In this document: piece after piece, positions 17,033-27,221 of the stretch
How the letters are laid out: each line of letters opens with the position of its first letter
Position numbering within the stretch: position 1 is the first letter of the stretch
Assembly: GCA_002778465.1 (NCBI GenBank)
Contig: PFBV01000003.1
Location: 151,736-215,735 of the forward strand
Length of the DNA: 64,000 nt
Origin: Candidatus Magasanikbacteria bacterium CG10_big_fil_rev_8_21_14_0_10_36_32
GTDB lineage: Bacteria; Patescibacteriota; Patescibacteriia; Magasanikbacterales; GWA2-37-8
Direction of reading: 5' to 3'
The notes under the pieces: model-generated
Told to the model about the DNA's origin: nothing
The model's database searches: none
Seen by the model: only the letters and a program-made list of their open reading frames with translations
Translations under genes and position numbers: made by a program

Positions 17033-17905
17033 TTACTCACCACCATCAATCTTTTTAATAATTCTACTTAATTCTTCCTTGGAAAAATAATTTATAGTAA
17101 TCACTCCTTTTTCTCCTTTTTGCGTAATAGAAACTTTAGTCCCCAAGGCCTGTCTTAATTTTTCTTCCAAATACATCAAATTAGGATCTCGCCGCTGTGA
17201 ACCACTCGGTACTTTTTTTCTTATTTGATGCTCCAATTCACGCACAGAAATTTTTTCACCCAGCATTGAAGCCAGCATATCAAGCTGTTCCGATTTATTT
17301 TTTAAACCAAGCAAGGCGCGCGACTGTCCCATACTGATTTGCTTTTCAATTAAAGCTTTTTGTATCTCATCCGGCAATTCCAATAAACGAACAATATTTG
17401 CTACAGCTGGACGACTTTTACCAACCTTATCAGACACTTGTTCCTGTGTTAAATGAAATTCATCAATCAAACGCCTATAAGCAAAAGCTTCCTCAATCGG
17501 ATTTAAATCTTCACGTTGAATATTTTCAATTAAAGCAATTTCCAACTTTTCTTCATCCGGCAACACTTTAACAATCGCCGGAACATTGGTCAAACCGGCC
17601 AATTTAGCCGCTCGCCAACGACGTTCACCTGCCACCACTTCATAATCACCATTAGGTTTTTCAATTAAAATAATCGGCTGTAAAATTCCGTATTTTTTAA
17701 CTGAATCGGATAATTTTTCCAATTCTAACGGATCAAAATGCCGTCTTGGCTGTTTTGTGTTTGGTGTAATTTGTGTAATGGGAATCAACCAAATCTTTTG
17801 CTGTCCAGACACGACTGGTTCTTGATTAATAATTTCAGATTTTTTAATTTCTTCTTTTTTACCGGTTGAAGAAATAAGCGCCCCCAAACCTCTGCCTAAA
17901 GACAT
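17033..17905 (-). CDS. parB: Chromosome partitioning protein ParB/Spo0J
   Basis: LGRGLGALI, QPRRHF, VVAGERRWRA, ALIENIQREDLNPIEEA, HTH. Confidence 0.96.
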   Translation of the reverse strand: MSLGRGLGALISSTGKKEEIKKSEIINQEPVVSGQQKIWLIPITQITPNTKQPRRHFDPLELEKLSDSVKKYGILQPIILIEKPNGDYEVVAGERRWRAAKLAGLTNVPAIVKVLPDEEKLEIALIENIQREDLNPIEEAFAYRRLIDEFHLTQEQVSDKVGKSRPAVANIVRLLELPDEIQKALIEKQISMGQSRALLGLKNKSEQLDMLASMLGEKISVRELEHQIRKKVPSGSQRRDPNLMYLEEKLRQALGTKVSITQKGEKGVITINYFSKEELSRIIKKIDGGE

Positions 17906-17916
17906 AAAATTGAAAA

Positions 17917-18693
17917 TTAAAATTGATTATTTTCAAAACGTTCTAAAAACTCTCTTGTTAAACGCTCATACGCCTTCGCTCCCTTTCCGCCAGGTTCATA
18001 ATGAAATATGCTTTGGCCATAACTTGGCGCTTCAGCCAAACGAACAGTGCGCGGCACCACCGAACGAAAAATATTATCCGGAAAAAATTTATACAATTCA
18101 TGCATTACTTCCTCAGACAAACGATTACGTGAATCATACATAGTCAAAACCGCGCCTAAAACTTTCAAATCAGGTTTTATATTTTCTCTAACCAAATTAA
18201 TCGTTTTTAATAATTGTCCCAGCCCTTCCAATGCATAATATTCGGCCTGAACCGGAATCAAAATATAATCAGCGGCAACCAAACCATTCAAAGTTAAAAT
18301 TCCTAGAGATGGCGGACAATCTATAATAATATAATCGTAAGCATGCTTAGCTTCAGACAAAATATCAGACAATTTATTTTCACGACCTTCCACGTTAACC
18401 AATTCAATATTGGCGCCGGCTAAATCCGGTGTAGCCGGAGCAACTCGCAAACCCTCATGTGAAGTATTGCACACAACATCATACAAACGATTTGTGCCAA
18501 TAATTGAATGATAAAGTCCTTTTTCCAATTCCGCATGTTTTATACCCAATCCGGAAGTGGCGTTTCCTTGCGGGTCTAAATCAACCAACAAAACAAATTT
18601 GCCGGCTTCAGCTAATCCGGCGGCTAAATTAACGGCGGTGGTTGTTTTACCTACCCCGCCCTTTTGATTTACAACAGAAATTACCAATGACAT
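17917..18693 (-). CDS. parA: ParA/Soj ATPase
   Basis: NQKGGVGKTTT, DLDPQGNAT, IDCPPSLG, QAEYYALEG, RLAEAPSYG; start at MSLVISV. Confidence 0.96.
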   Translation of the reverse strand: MSLVISVVNQKGGVGKTTTAVNLAAGLAEAGKFVLLVDLDPQGNATSGLGIKHAELEKGLYHSIIGTNRLYDVVCNTSHEGLRVAPATPDLAGANIELVNVEGRENKLSDILSEAKHAYDYIIIDCPPSLGILTLNGLVAADYILIPVQAEYYALEGLGQLLKTINLVRENIKPDLKVLGAVLTMYDSRNRLSEEVMHELYKFFPDNIFRSVVPRTVRLAEAPSYGQSIFHYEPGGKGAKAYERLTREFLERFENNQF

Positions 18694-18808
18694 AACAAAA
18701 ATAAACCAATTATCTACTGTTATTTTAGCATATTTCACCAAAAAGATAAAATACCAATTATGGCTTGACAAAACTGTCTAAATAAACTACAATTGATAAC
18801 GTTAATTT

Positions 18809-18890
18809 GGGCGAGTGGCGGAATTGGTAGACGCGCACGACTCAAAATCGTGTTCCTTCGGGAGTGAGAGTTCGATTCTCTCCCCGCCCA
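18809..18890 (+). tRNA. tRNA-Leu (anticodon CAA)
   Basis: GGGCGAG TGGCGGAATTGGTAGACGC G CACGA-CT-CAA-AA-TCGTG, long variable arm, GTTCGATT; one A-C mismatch in acceptor stem. Confidence 0.93.
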
Positions 18891-19053
18891 CAAAAAACTC
18901 TGACTAAAAAGTCAGAGTTTTTATCTTGACTAATCTTAAAATATATGCTATGTTTATTATATAAAATAAACTTGCTCTTTTAAAATTAATGGTTTTTAAA
19001 ATTAATTATACTCACAAAACAAACAACATCTTCTAAATAAAGGGAAATCAAAA

Positions 19054-19416
19054 ATGAACGAAAACAAAATTACTCTGATGTTTTCTCAAGTAGCTATTAA
19101 AATACTAAAGAACATTGTCATTAGACACAACATTAAACTCGCAGACGTTATATCACATGCTTTAGTATTGGTAAATTGGGCAGAAGCAGCCGACAAAAAC
19201 GGAGACATAATTTGTTTAAAAAATGGTCGAACAGGTAAAATCACTGAAATGAATTTCCTGTGGCCAAAACCCCAAACTAAACAACCAGAACAAACACCAA
19301 AGCTAGTACTGATTAACTGCAATCCTAATGCCAAACCATCACCACCTCGTCTTTTGCCACCGCTCCAATCCGTTATTGATCCGACAACCGATTCTAAAAA
19401 TCTGGAAAATAAATAA
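19054..19416 (+). CDS. Hypothetical protein, Pro-rich C-terminus
   Basis: 120-aa ORF with its own promoter, boxA-like motif and downstream hairpin. Confidence 0.55.
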   Translation: MNENKITLMFSQVAIKILKNIVIRHNIKLADVISHALVLVNWAEAADKNGDIICLKNGRTGKITEMNFLWPKPQTKQPEQTPKLVLINCNPNAKPSPPRLLPPLQSVIDPTTDSKNLENK

Positions 19417-19515
19417 TATTTAAAAACTGTTAATTAGTCCACCCCCAAATCATTATGGTTTGGGGGTTTTAAAAAACTTGAAAACTTTTTATTTTTTAGA
19501 TAAACTATCTCTAAT

Positions 19516-20538
19516 ATGAATTTCATCAGCATTATTATAGAGGGATACTTAATCGTGGCTGTCACGATTGTTTTTATTTTATTACGTGATTTAAAAAGAT
19601 TAAAAAATGTTTCAAAAAATAATAATCATTATCGATTTAAACATTTTTACCCGTTTTACGGACCAGGCAAAGTTTGGGCCGTGAGCGTTATTATTATATT
19701 AATGATTGGAATTATAGTTGGCATAGACAGCCGGTTTTTTGAAATTAACCATATTACAATTAAAAATACAGAGATACAAACAATTTCGATTCAACAACCT
19801 ATAAAAATTGCATGGCTAACGGATTTACAATTGGGTAATCATAAAAAAGATGCTTGGTTAAAAAAAATCATCAATAAACTGGACAACATAAAACCTGATT
19901 TAATTTTGTTGGGAGGAGATTTAATTGATAATGAAGGAAGCTATGAAAATGAAAGTCAATATTTTGAGCCATTAAAAAAAATTACCAATAAATACCCAAT
20001 TTATTATATAATGGGAAATCATGAATATGGTGTGGGTAGCGCCAGTCGTGGTCACCCGGAATGGCAAACTGGCGACCGCTCAAAAGATTTAATGAAAAAA
20101 ATGGATGAAATTGGAATACCATTGTTATTAAATCAACTTGAATGTTTAAACATCAACAACCAATCACTTTGTATATTTGGTGTTGATGATTTTTGGGCCA
20201 AACCTATTGTTTTTGACGATTTAAAAAAATGGGATCAAATTACACCTTTAATTTTTATTACACACAACCCTGATGCTGTACAATTTTGGCCATCAAACAC
20301 AAATCTTCCAATTATAACCTTGGCTGGACACACTCATGGTGGACAAGTTTGGCTACCAATTGTTAAACGCCCCCTGCTAACAGCCGAAGTTGATCTAGGA
20401 TTTAAATACTACCGCGGACTAAATTATTGGAATAATATTCCAATTTATACTTCAACCGGATTAGGTGAATCGGGTGGACCTGTTCGTTTTTGTGCCCTAC
20501 CCGAAATAAGTGTCATTGAATTAATACCCGCTAATTAA
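19516..20538 (+). CDS. Membrane-anchored metallophosphoesterase (YkuE-like)
   Basis: TDLQ, GGDLID, GNHE, THNPD, AGHTHGGQ motifs. Confidence 0.9.
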   Translation: MNFISIIIEGYLIVAVTIVFILLRDLKRLKNVSKNNNHYRFKHFYPFYGPGKVWAVSVIIILMIGIIVGIDSRFFEINHITIKNTEIQTISIQQPIKIAWLTDLQLGNHKKDAWLKKIINKLDNIKPDLILLGGDLIDNEGSYENESQYFEPLKKITNKYPIYYIMGNHEYGVGSASRGHPEWQTGDRSKDLMKKMDEIGIPLLLNQLECLNINNQSLCIFGVDDFWAKPIVFDDLKKWDQITPLIFITHNPDAVQFWPSNTNLPIITLAGHTHGGQVWLPIVKRPLLTAEVDLGFKYYRGLNYWNNIPIYTSTGLGESGGPVRFCALPEISVIELIPAN

Positions 20539-20567
20539 AAAAATCCCCTTTCGGGGATTTTTTTAAT

Positions 20568-21050
20568 CTATGGTTTATTTTCCCAATAAGCTTCTCCTTC
20601 TTTTTCCAACTTTTCTAATCGATCATAATAATCACGTATTTCATTCAAATGAGCCAAAGCTATTTTTCCGGTTAATTCAGGATCGTCGTTGGTTACATTG
20701 GTGGAAGAATCACGGGTACCATGTTCTAATTCCACATCCAAACCTATCCTAAATTGATTAACATCCCATTTGTCCCATTTAATTCCCAATTTATCGCCAA
20801 TAATTTTAGCTTCTTCGGCAGAAAAAGATTTTTTACTATCTGTTTTTCTTTTGCTAAAAATAAAAATATATAAAATTTCCAAAACTCCCAATAAATTTAT
20901 AACCAACAACGCGCCAAACCAAATCTTCTGATTTTTCCGACCAGCAATCCACAATGCCCAGGCTTTCCAAAAAATCGTCCAAACCACCAAGATTGGCATA
21001 AAAGAAATATACAGACTCATAAACGGCCCGTAACCCATTGCTTCGTGCAT
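20568..21050 (-). CDS. Two-domain protein (DUF5652-like membrane domain + DUF5661-like domain)
   Basis: WTIFWKAWALWIAG..QKIWF..LGVLEILY followed by QFRIGLDVELEHG..TNVT..GKIALAHLNE..DYYDRL. Confidence 0.65.
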   Translation of the reverse strand: MHEAMGYGPFMSLYISFMPILVVWTIFWKAWALWIAGRKNQKIWFGALLVINLLGVLEILYIFIFSKRKTDSKKSFSAEEAKIIGDKLGIKWDKWDVNQFRIGLDVELEHGTRDSSTNVTNDDPELTGKIALAHLNEIRDYYDRLEKLEKEGEAYWENKP

Positions 21051-21077
21051 ATATTTAAAATTAATAATTAAAAAATT

Positions 21078-22370
21078 TTAAGGATATAATCGTCCGATAG
21101 TTCTTGGAAAAGGAATGCATTCGCGAACATGCTCAACGCCTGTAATCCAACGAACTGCCCGCTCCAATCCGATACCAAATCCTGAATGAGGCACACTGCC
21201 ATAACGCCGCAAATCTAAATACCATTGATAATCTTTTTCGTTCAAACCTTCTTTTTTAATTCGTTCCAGTAAAAAATCAACATTATCCTCACGTTGACTG
21301 CCACCAATCAATTCTCCGCCACCTTCGGTGGCAATTAAATCGGCGCATAATACCGCTTTTGGATTCTGCGGATCAATTTTCATATAAAAAGCCTTAATAT
21401 CTTTTGGCCATTTTTCCACAAAAATTGGCACCTCACTATTTTTAGTTAACATCACTTCATCATCATTACCCAAATCTTCACCATATTTTATATCTGAACC
21501 TAATTCATTAAGCCTTTTAATTGTTTGTTCATAAGTCAAACGAATAAAAGGCGCATCAGCTTTTTTTAATTTTTCTACATCGCGTTCTAAAATTTCCAAT
21601 TCTTCACGACAATGTTCTAAACAATAACGAATAACATAACGAACCATTCCTTCTTGAATTTTTAAATTTTCATCATGTTCAACAAATGCGGCCTCAGCAT
21701 CCATCATCCAAAATTCGGTCAGATGTCGTTTTGTTTTACTTTTTTCAGCTCTAAAAACAGGACCAAAATCATAACATCTCCCAACTGACGCAATAGCTGC
21801 TTCAATATATAATTGTCCGGATTGTGACAAATAAGCTGTTCCTAAATCAAAATAAGGCACGGGAAACAAAGTGGTAGTGCCTTCACAGGCATTGGGCGTA
21901 AAAACCGGAGAATCTACCCTGACAAAATTTTGCTGGTGCAAATATTCATTAATAGCAGTGATAATGGCGTCACGAATTATTAAAATTGCCCACTGTTTGC
22001 GACTACGCAGCCAAAGATGCCTATTTTCCATTAAAAAATCTGGTCCATGTTCTTTTTTAGCAATTGGATAATTTTCCGCTAATTGAATAATTTTTAGATT
22101 GGTTAATTGTAATTCATAAATACCTTCTTTTTTGGGATGTTTAGAAACTTTTCCAGAAATTTCTACTGAAGATTCTTGACTCACTTTTTCAACTTCTAAC
22201 CAAATTTCCACTGGTAATTCCTTTTTTGCTGCTATCGCCTGAATCCAACCAGTTCCATCACGCAACTCCAAAAAAGCAATCGGTCCGGATGAACGTTTAT
22301 TATATAACCAACCTTTAATTATAACTTCTTGACCAACAAAATCAGATAAATTTTTAATAAAAGTATTCAT
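21078..22370 (-). CDS. asnS: Asparagine--tRNA ligase
   Basis: OB anticodon domain, YLSQSGQLY, FRAEKSKTKRHLTEFWM, ELIGGSQRE, PHSGFGIGLER. Confidence 0.93.
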   Translation of the reverse strand: MNTFIKNLSDFVGQEVIIKGWLYNKRSSGPIAFLELRDGTGWIQAIAAKKELPVEIWLEVEKVSQESSVEISGKVSKHPKKEGIYELQLTNLKIIQLAENYPIAKKEHGPDFLMENRHLWLRSRKQWAILIIRDAIITAINEYLHQQNFVRVDSPVFTPNACEGTTTLFPVPYFDLGTAYLSQSGQLYIEAAIASVGRCYDFGPVFRAEKSKTKRHLTEFWMMDAEAAFVEHDENLKIQEGMVRYVIRYCLEHCREELEILERDVEKLKKADAPFIRLTYEQTIKRLNELGSDIKYGEDLGNDDEVMLTKNSEVPIFVEKWPKDIKAFYMKIDPQNPKAVLCADLIATEGGGELIGGSQREDNVDFLLERIKKEGLNEKDYQWYLDLRRYGSVPHSGFGIGLERAVRWITGVEHVRECIPFPRTIGRLYP

Positions 22371-22416
22371 ACAATATTTTAATTAATACTATAATATTAC
22401 AGTACTTTTAATAATT

Positions 22417-23154
22417 TTACAAGATATTAAATCTTATCATATTAAGCTTTTTTTCACTATAATATTCAACAAATTTATAAATTGTTTGTTTTAATTTATC
22501 ATTTATTATGAGAGGAATTTTGTCCCAATCATTATTTAATAACTCACACCAAACTTTGATATCATTATTTAATAACGGCAAATAAATTTCATCATTTCTA
22601 TTTATTTTAAATATACAATCAGAACAAACAATTCCACCGGCAGTTAACTTAAAAAAAATTTCATTATATGATTTTGTTGAATTTAAAAATCTCTTGTTGC
22701 AAACAATACAGTGACTTAAAACTGGAACAAACCCCAAAACAGCAATCATTTTAACCATAAAACTAATTATTAAAACAGATGATATCTGTTTAGAATCATT
22801 TAAATAATTCAACCAACTATGCAACATGTTAAAAATTTTAATTTCTCTCTCATTTTCGTGTAATAATCTTTCAACCAAACTTACGGTGACACCTGCTAAC
22901 AAACTTTTATTTAAATCGGTTCTAATTTTGTTAAAACTATTAATCGGTTGCACACTAGCCAAACGACTTAATTCTTTTCCAGAAATAATTTCCGCTTCCA
23001 CCAAAAAAAACGGCTCCAAAAAAGCCGAATTTTTACTAATTATTTTTTTTATTCCTTTGGCTAAAACTTCAATTTTTCCTTTTTCTAAAGTATACAAAAT
23101 GATTATCTGGTCAGTTTCTCGAAAATTACGCCTGGACAAAACAAACGCAATCAT
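22417..23154 (-). CDS. recO: DNA repair protein RecO
   Basis: RETDQIIILYTLEKGKI..AKG, LEPF, Zn finger CIVC..CSDC. Confidence 0.9.
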   Translation of the reverse strand: MIAFVLSRRNFRETDQIIILYTLEKGKIEVLAKGIKKIISKNSAFLEPFFLVEAEIISGKELSRLASVQPINSFNKIRTDLNKSLLAGVTVSLVERLLHENEREIKIFNMLHSWLNYLNDSKQISSVLIISFMVKMIAVLGFVPVLSHCIVCNKRFLNSTKSYNEIFFKLTAGGIVCSDCIFKINRNDEIYLPLLNNDIKVWCELLNNDWDKIPLIINDKLKQTIYKFVEYYSEKKLNMIRFNIL

Positions 23155-23537
23155 ATTTTTTGCCTTGTTAAATAAGTTTCTAAAATTAGCATGGCTGATT
23201 TTTCATCACGACTTACTTCACCACCTAATTGATCAGCAGCTTGTGAAGAAAAACGTTCATCAACAAACTCCATCGGCAAAGATATTTGTTTTTTAATACC
23301 CTCAACAAAATTTCTAACTCTTTCAGTATTAGGACACTCCTGTCCTTGTTGATTTAATGGCAAGCCAAAAATTATTTTATCCGGCTTTTCCGTCATAACT
23401 AATTTAATAAGATTTTGGCTTATTTCAGCCAAATTTTTACCAACAATCAAACCAAATGGTAAAACAATTTTCAAATCTGTATCCACCCAAGCTAACCCCA
23501 TTTTTTTGGTACCAAAATCAATTGATAAAATATTCAT
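23151..23537 (-). CDS. ruvX: Pre-16S rRNA nuclease YqgF/RuvX
   Basis: ILSIDFGTKKMGLA, GLPL, VDERFSS, DEKSAMLILE. Confidence 0.92.
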   Translation of the reverse strand: MNILSIDFGTKKMGLAWVDTDLKIVLPFGLIVGKNLAEISQNLIKLVMTEKPDKIIFGLPLNQQGQECPNTERVRNFVEGIKKQISLPMEFVDERFSSQAADQLGGEVSRDEKSAMLILETYLTRQKI

Positions 23538-23542
23538 ATTTT

Positions 23543-24370
23543 TTATTTAATTTCTCCAGGCCGTCGTGTCACTACTACTGGACCATTTTCTTTTATAATA
23601 ATTGTATGCTCAAAATGCGCACAAATTGACTTATCTGCCATTTCTATTGTCCACCCATCTTTATTTGTTTTAACTCTATGACTACCAAGAGAAATCATTG
23701 GTTCTAAAGCCAAAACCATTCCCGGCTGTAAAATAACATTTTCTAATTTTTTATCAAAATAATTCGGTATTCGCGGTTCTTCATGAACAGCATGACCAAC
23801 TCCATGACCGACCAAATCACGCACTATACCATAATTACCTTGCGAACGAACATAATTTTCAATTGACCGCCCAATATCAGCCACACTATTCCCTGGCTGA
23901 GCCGCCCTTATGCCACATTCCAAAGCTTCCTTGGTAACTTTAACCAACTCTTTAATTTTTGGCAAAGTAACGCCAACTAAAACCGTAATTGATGTATCAG
24001 TAAAAAATCCATGTCTTTTTTGTTTAAAAATTTTTAATTTTTTTTGATAACGAGGATACTCCATTCCAATATCAATACTTAACAGATCCCCTTCATGTAA
24101 AACTGTTTCTTTTTTTGCAATACCATGAACTAACTCTTGATTTAAGGAAGCACAAATCGTGGCTGGAAACGGAGGATCATAATAACTTGAAGAATAACCT
24201 TTAAACGACGGTTTTCCTCCAGCTTTAATAATCATTTTTTCCGCCGCCTGATCAATTTCCCAAGTAGAAACTCCCGGTTTGCACATTGCCGCTAATTTAG
24301 ACAATATTTGACCAAGAATTTTACCGCCTTTTCTTATTTCTTCCAATTCTTTTGTGGTTTTAATCAACAT
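23543..24370 (-). CDS. map: Methionine aminopeptidase type I
   Basis: VHGI, IDIG, GHGVGHAVHEEP, LEPM, AHFEHT. Confidence 0.96.
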   Translation of the reverse strand: MLIKTTKELEEIRKGGKILGQILSKLAAMCKPGVSTWEIDQAAEKMIIKAGGKPSFKGYSSSYYDPPFPATICASLNQELVHGIAKKETVLHEGDLLSIDIGMEYPRYQKKLKIFKQKRHGFFTDTSITVLVGVTLPKIKELVKVTKEALECGIRAAQPGNSVADIGRSIENYVRSQGNYGIVRDLVGHGVGHAVHEEPRIPNYFDKKLENVILQPGMVLALEPMISLGSHRVKTNKDGWTIEMADKSICAHFEHTIIIKENGPVVVTRRPGEIK

Positions 24371-24373
24371 AAA

Positions 24374-25036
24374 TTATGATTTAATAGCTCTGTCCACTTC
24401 AACTTCCACTTCTTCAATTGTACCCATTCCATCAACTATTTTTAATTTATTTAAATTTTTGTAATAATCTACAATTGGCTGCAACGCTACACTACCTTGT
24501 CTATCAATGCGATCCTTGATTACTTCCTCGTTATCATCATGACGTATTTTTAAATTTCCGCCACATTTCGGGCATTTTATATAGTCTTTAGCTTTACCAA
24601 CCCATGGAATTATTTCCTGACAAGCCTCACAAACACGCCGTTTAGTTAATCTAGCAAAAGCTTCTTCGTCACTAATCATAATCGCCACTGCTAAAAATTC
24701 TTTTTCTAAAGCTTTTTTTTCTAAATAATTTTGCAATTCTTCGGCCTGATTCACGGTTCTAATTGCCCCATCAAAAACAACTCCTTGTCCGAAAATATTT
24801 TCTTCTATTACATTAAAAACTAATTTTAAAATAAACCAATCCGGCGCTAATTTACCTAATTGAATAGAATCATTAATAATCACTTTTTCTTCATCGGTTA
24901 AATCAGTCCTGTTAATCATGTTGCGCAATAAATCACCGGTGGAAACATGTTTATAACCATATTTAGCTGACACCTTTTTAGCTTGTGTTCCTTTGCCGGA
25001 ACCCGGTGGACCAATAAAAATCAAAAATTTTTTCAT
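24374..25036 (-). CDS. adk: Adenylate kinase (Zn lid)
   Basis: GPPGSGKGTQA, STGDLLR, CEAC..CPKC lid. Confidence 0.93.
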   Translation of the reverse strand: MKKFLIFIGPPGSGKGTQAKKVSAKYGYKHVSTGDLLRNMINRTDLTDEEKVIINDSIQLGKLAPDWFILKLVFNVIEENIFGQGVVFDGAIRTVNQAEELQNYLEKKALEKEFLAVAIMISDEEAFARLTKRRVCEACQEIIPWVGKAKDYIKCPKCGGNLKIRHDDNEEVIKDRIDRQGSVALQPIVDYYKNLNKLKIVDGMGTIEEVEVEVDRAIKS

Positions 25037-25037
25037 A

Positions 25038-25340
25038 TTATGAAAAATGTTGTGAAAAATAATTTTCAAAAACTTTCATTAACTTAATTCTATCATTTTT
25101 ACTAATTTTTTTAGACTTTTCTAAATATCTTAATGTTTCAAAAATCTTTCTCAAAGAAATTTTTCCATCTGAATGACGAGCTAACAAAACAGCTTTCTCC
25201 ACCGTATTTTCTTCATTTTCACTCACATTTGGTAAATGAATGGAATTAAATAAACGATGAATCTCTTGTTCATTAATAATTTTTTCCTGATTGGAATATT
25301 TACCAGCGCTTCCGCCGAAAAATACGCTAAAAAATGACAT
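25038..25340 (-). CDS. Hypothetical protein between secY and adk
   Basis: 100-aa co-oriented ORF whose stop abuts the adk start. Confidence 0.6.
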   Translation of the reverse strand: MSFFSVFFGGSAGKYSNQEKIINEQEIHRLFNSIHLPNVSENEENTVEKAVLLARHSDGKISLRKIFETLRYLEKSKKISKNDRIKLMKVFENYFSQHFS

Positions 25341-25459
25341 AAAATAAAAATTAAAAAGAAATTACTGCTTCCATTATAATAACAGATTAAACCTGATTTT
25401 TCAACAATTAAAATCCCCGCTTAAAAGCGGGGATTTTATATTTTTTTATTATTTAATTT

Positions 25460-26737
25460 TTATACATGATCGTATTCATGCATCATCATCTGTGCTTCAA
25501 TTTGTTTGGCTGTCTCAATAGCTACTGCTACCACGATCAAAATACTAGTACCACCAATAGTCAAAACCTGCGAACCGGTAAAAACTTGTAAAATCAACGG
25601 CAATACGGCAATCAAACCCAAAAACGACGCACCAACTAAATTAATTCTCTTAACCACTCCGCCAATATAACTTTCGGTTTCGTTGCCCGGACGAATTCCA
25701 GGTACAAAACCACCTTGTTTTTGTAAATTTTCAGCGATTTTTTTCGGATGAAAAATAACAGAAGTGTAGAAAAAAGTAAAACCAAACACCATGCCAAAAT
25801 AAGCTAAGCCGTAAAATAATTGATTATTAAATAATCTAATGATAAATTCTGCAATATCCTTAATCCATTCCGCCCGAGCGTTAATAAAAAATTGCGCTAA
25901 CATTGGAGGTATCACAACTAAAGAGATGGCAAAAATAATAGGAATTACACCTGCCATATTAACTCTTAACGGCAAATGAGTGTTTGATCCTCCATAAACA
26001 TGATTACCGCGAACCTGTTTGGCATAACTTACCGGAATATTACGTTGACCTTCATTAACAAATACTACTCCCACCACAGTTAACACCGCAACCGCAACAA
26101 ACATTAAAATTGTATAAAAATTAGAAGAACTATAATTTACAAATGCTCCAGCCATTGAACTTGGCATTCCAGAAACAATGCCGGCAAAAATCAATAAAGA
26201 AATACCATTACCAACTTTTCGTTCTGAAATTAATTCTCCTAACCAAACTAAAAACATTGTACCGGCAGTAATACCAACCATAATGGTTAACATCTGAAAA
26301 AAAGTCATATCAACCGGTAAAATTGATTTTCCAGAAGCTCCCAACATTCTAATCATGGCAAATGATTGTAAAAATGCCAACGGAACAGTCAACCAGCGAG
26401 TATACATATTTATACGCTGATGTCCGCTTTCACCTTCTTTAGACATTTCTTCCAATTTAGGAACAATCATTGTTAATAATTGGAAAATGATTGATGAAGT
26501 AATGTACGGCGCCACTCCCAACATGATTAAAGAAAAATTCATGATTGTTCCGCCAGAAAATAAATCAAGCATTTTAAACATTTGCTGGCCTTGTAAAAAA
26601 TCACGCAAATTTTCAACATTAACTCCGGGCACCGGAATATGGGCAACTAAACGAAAAATTACCAAAAGACCCAAAACAATTAAAATATTATTTCTAACAT
26701 CTTTGGTTTTCCAAATTTTCATTATTTTATCCCACAT
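25460..26737 (-). CDS. secY: Preprotein translocase SecY
   Basis: LGVAPYITSSII, GNGISLLIF, AGVIPIIFA, PGIRPG, GGTSILIVV. Confidence 0.98.
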   Translation of the reverse strand: MWDKIMKIWKTKDVRNNILIVLGLLVIFRLVAHIPVPGVNVENLRDFLQGQQMFKMLDLFSGGTIMNFSLIMLGVAPYITSSIIFQLLTMIVPKLEEMSKEGESGHQRINMYTRWLTVPLAFLQSFAMIRMLGASGKSILPVDMTFFQMLTIMVGITAGTMFLVWLGELISERKVGNGISLLIFAGIVSGMPSSMAGAFVNYSSSNFYTILMFVAVAVLTVVGVVFVNEGQRNIPVSYAKQVRGNHVYGGSNTHLPLRVNMAGVIPIIFAISLVVIPPMLAQFFINARAEWIKDIAEFIIRLFNNQLFYGLAYFGMVFGFTFFYTSVIFHPKKIAENLQKQGGFVPGIRPGNETESYIGGVVKRINLVGASFLGLIAVLPLILQVFTGSQVLTIGGTSILIVVAVAIETAKQIEAQMMMHEYDHV

Positions 26738-26770
26738 AATATTAAGATTTGAATAATAACCTTAATTTTA

Positions 26771-27211
26771 TTATTTAATTTCACCGCCAACTTTTTCAAT
26801 AGCTTCTTTTGCGCCTTTTGTGCATTTCAAACCTTCTACTGTCAATTTCTTGGTCAAAGTGCCTTTTAAAACTATTTTAGCCGCAGAACTATTAATGCTA
26901 ATAATTTTTTTATCTTTTAAAACGGTTAAATTAACAGTTTCTCCATCTTTAAATTTTTTATCTAAATCATATAGATAAATTTCAATCGGTTTAACAGCTA
27001 AACTTTTAAAACCGCCCAACTTTGGGGTGGACTGCATCATTCTTTTAAAAGCTTTGGTGTGTAAACGATGACTACCTCCGGAACGAGCTGTCTGTCCCTT
27101 ACCTCCGCGCGTTGAATAAGTGCCATGTCCGGAAGCATTGCCGCGTCCAACTCTTTTCATTCCACGTTTTGAACCTTTAGATGGTTTAATTGTGTGAATA
27201 GCTAATGTCAT
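26771..27211 (-). CDS. rplO: 50S ribosomal protein L15
   Basis: RVGRGNASGHG..RGGKGQTARSG. Confidence 0.96.
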   Translation of the reverse strand: MTLAIHTIKPSKGSKRGMKRVGRGNASGHGTYSTRGGKGQTARSGGSHRLHTKAFKRMMQSTPKLGGFKSLAVKPIEIYLYDLDKKFKDGETVNLTVLKDKKIISINSSAAKIVLKGTLTKKLTVEGLKCTKGAKEAIEKVGGEIK

Positions 27212-27221
27212 AATCTAAATT

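Noticed and set aside
18809-19416. tRNA-Leu as an integration site for an island
   Set aside because: No integrase and no repeat of the tRNA 3' end noticed in the window
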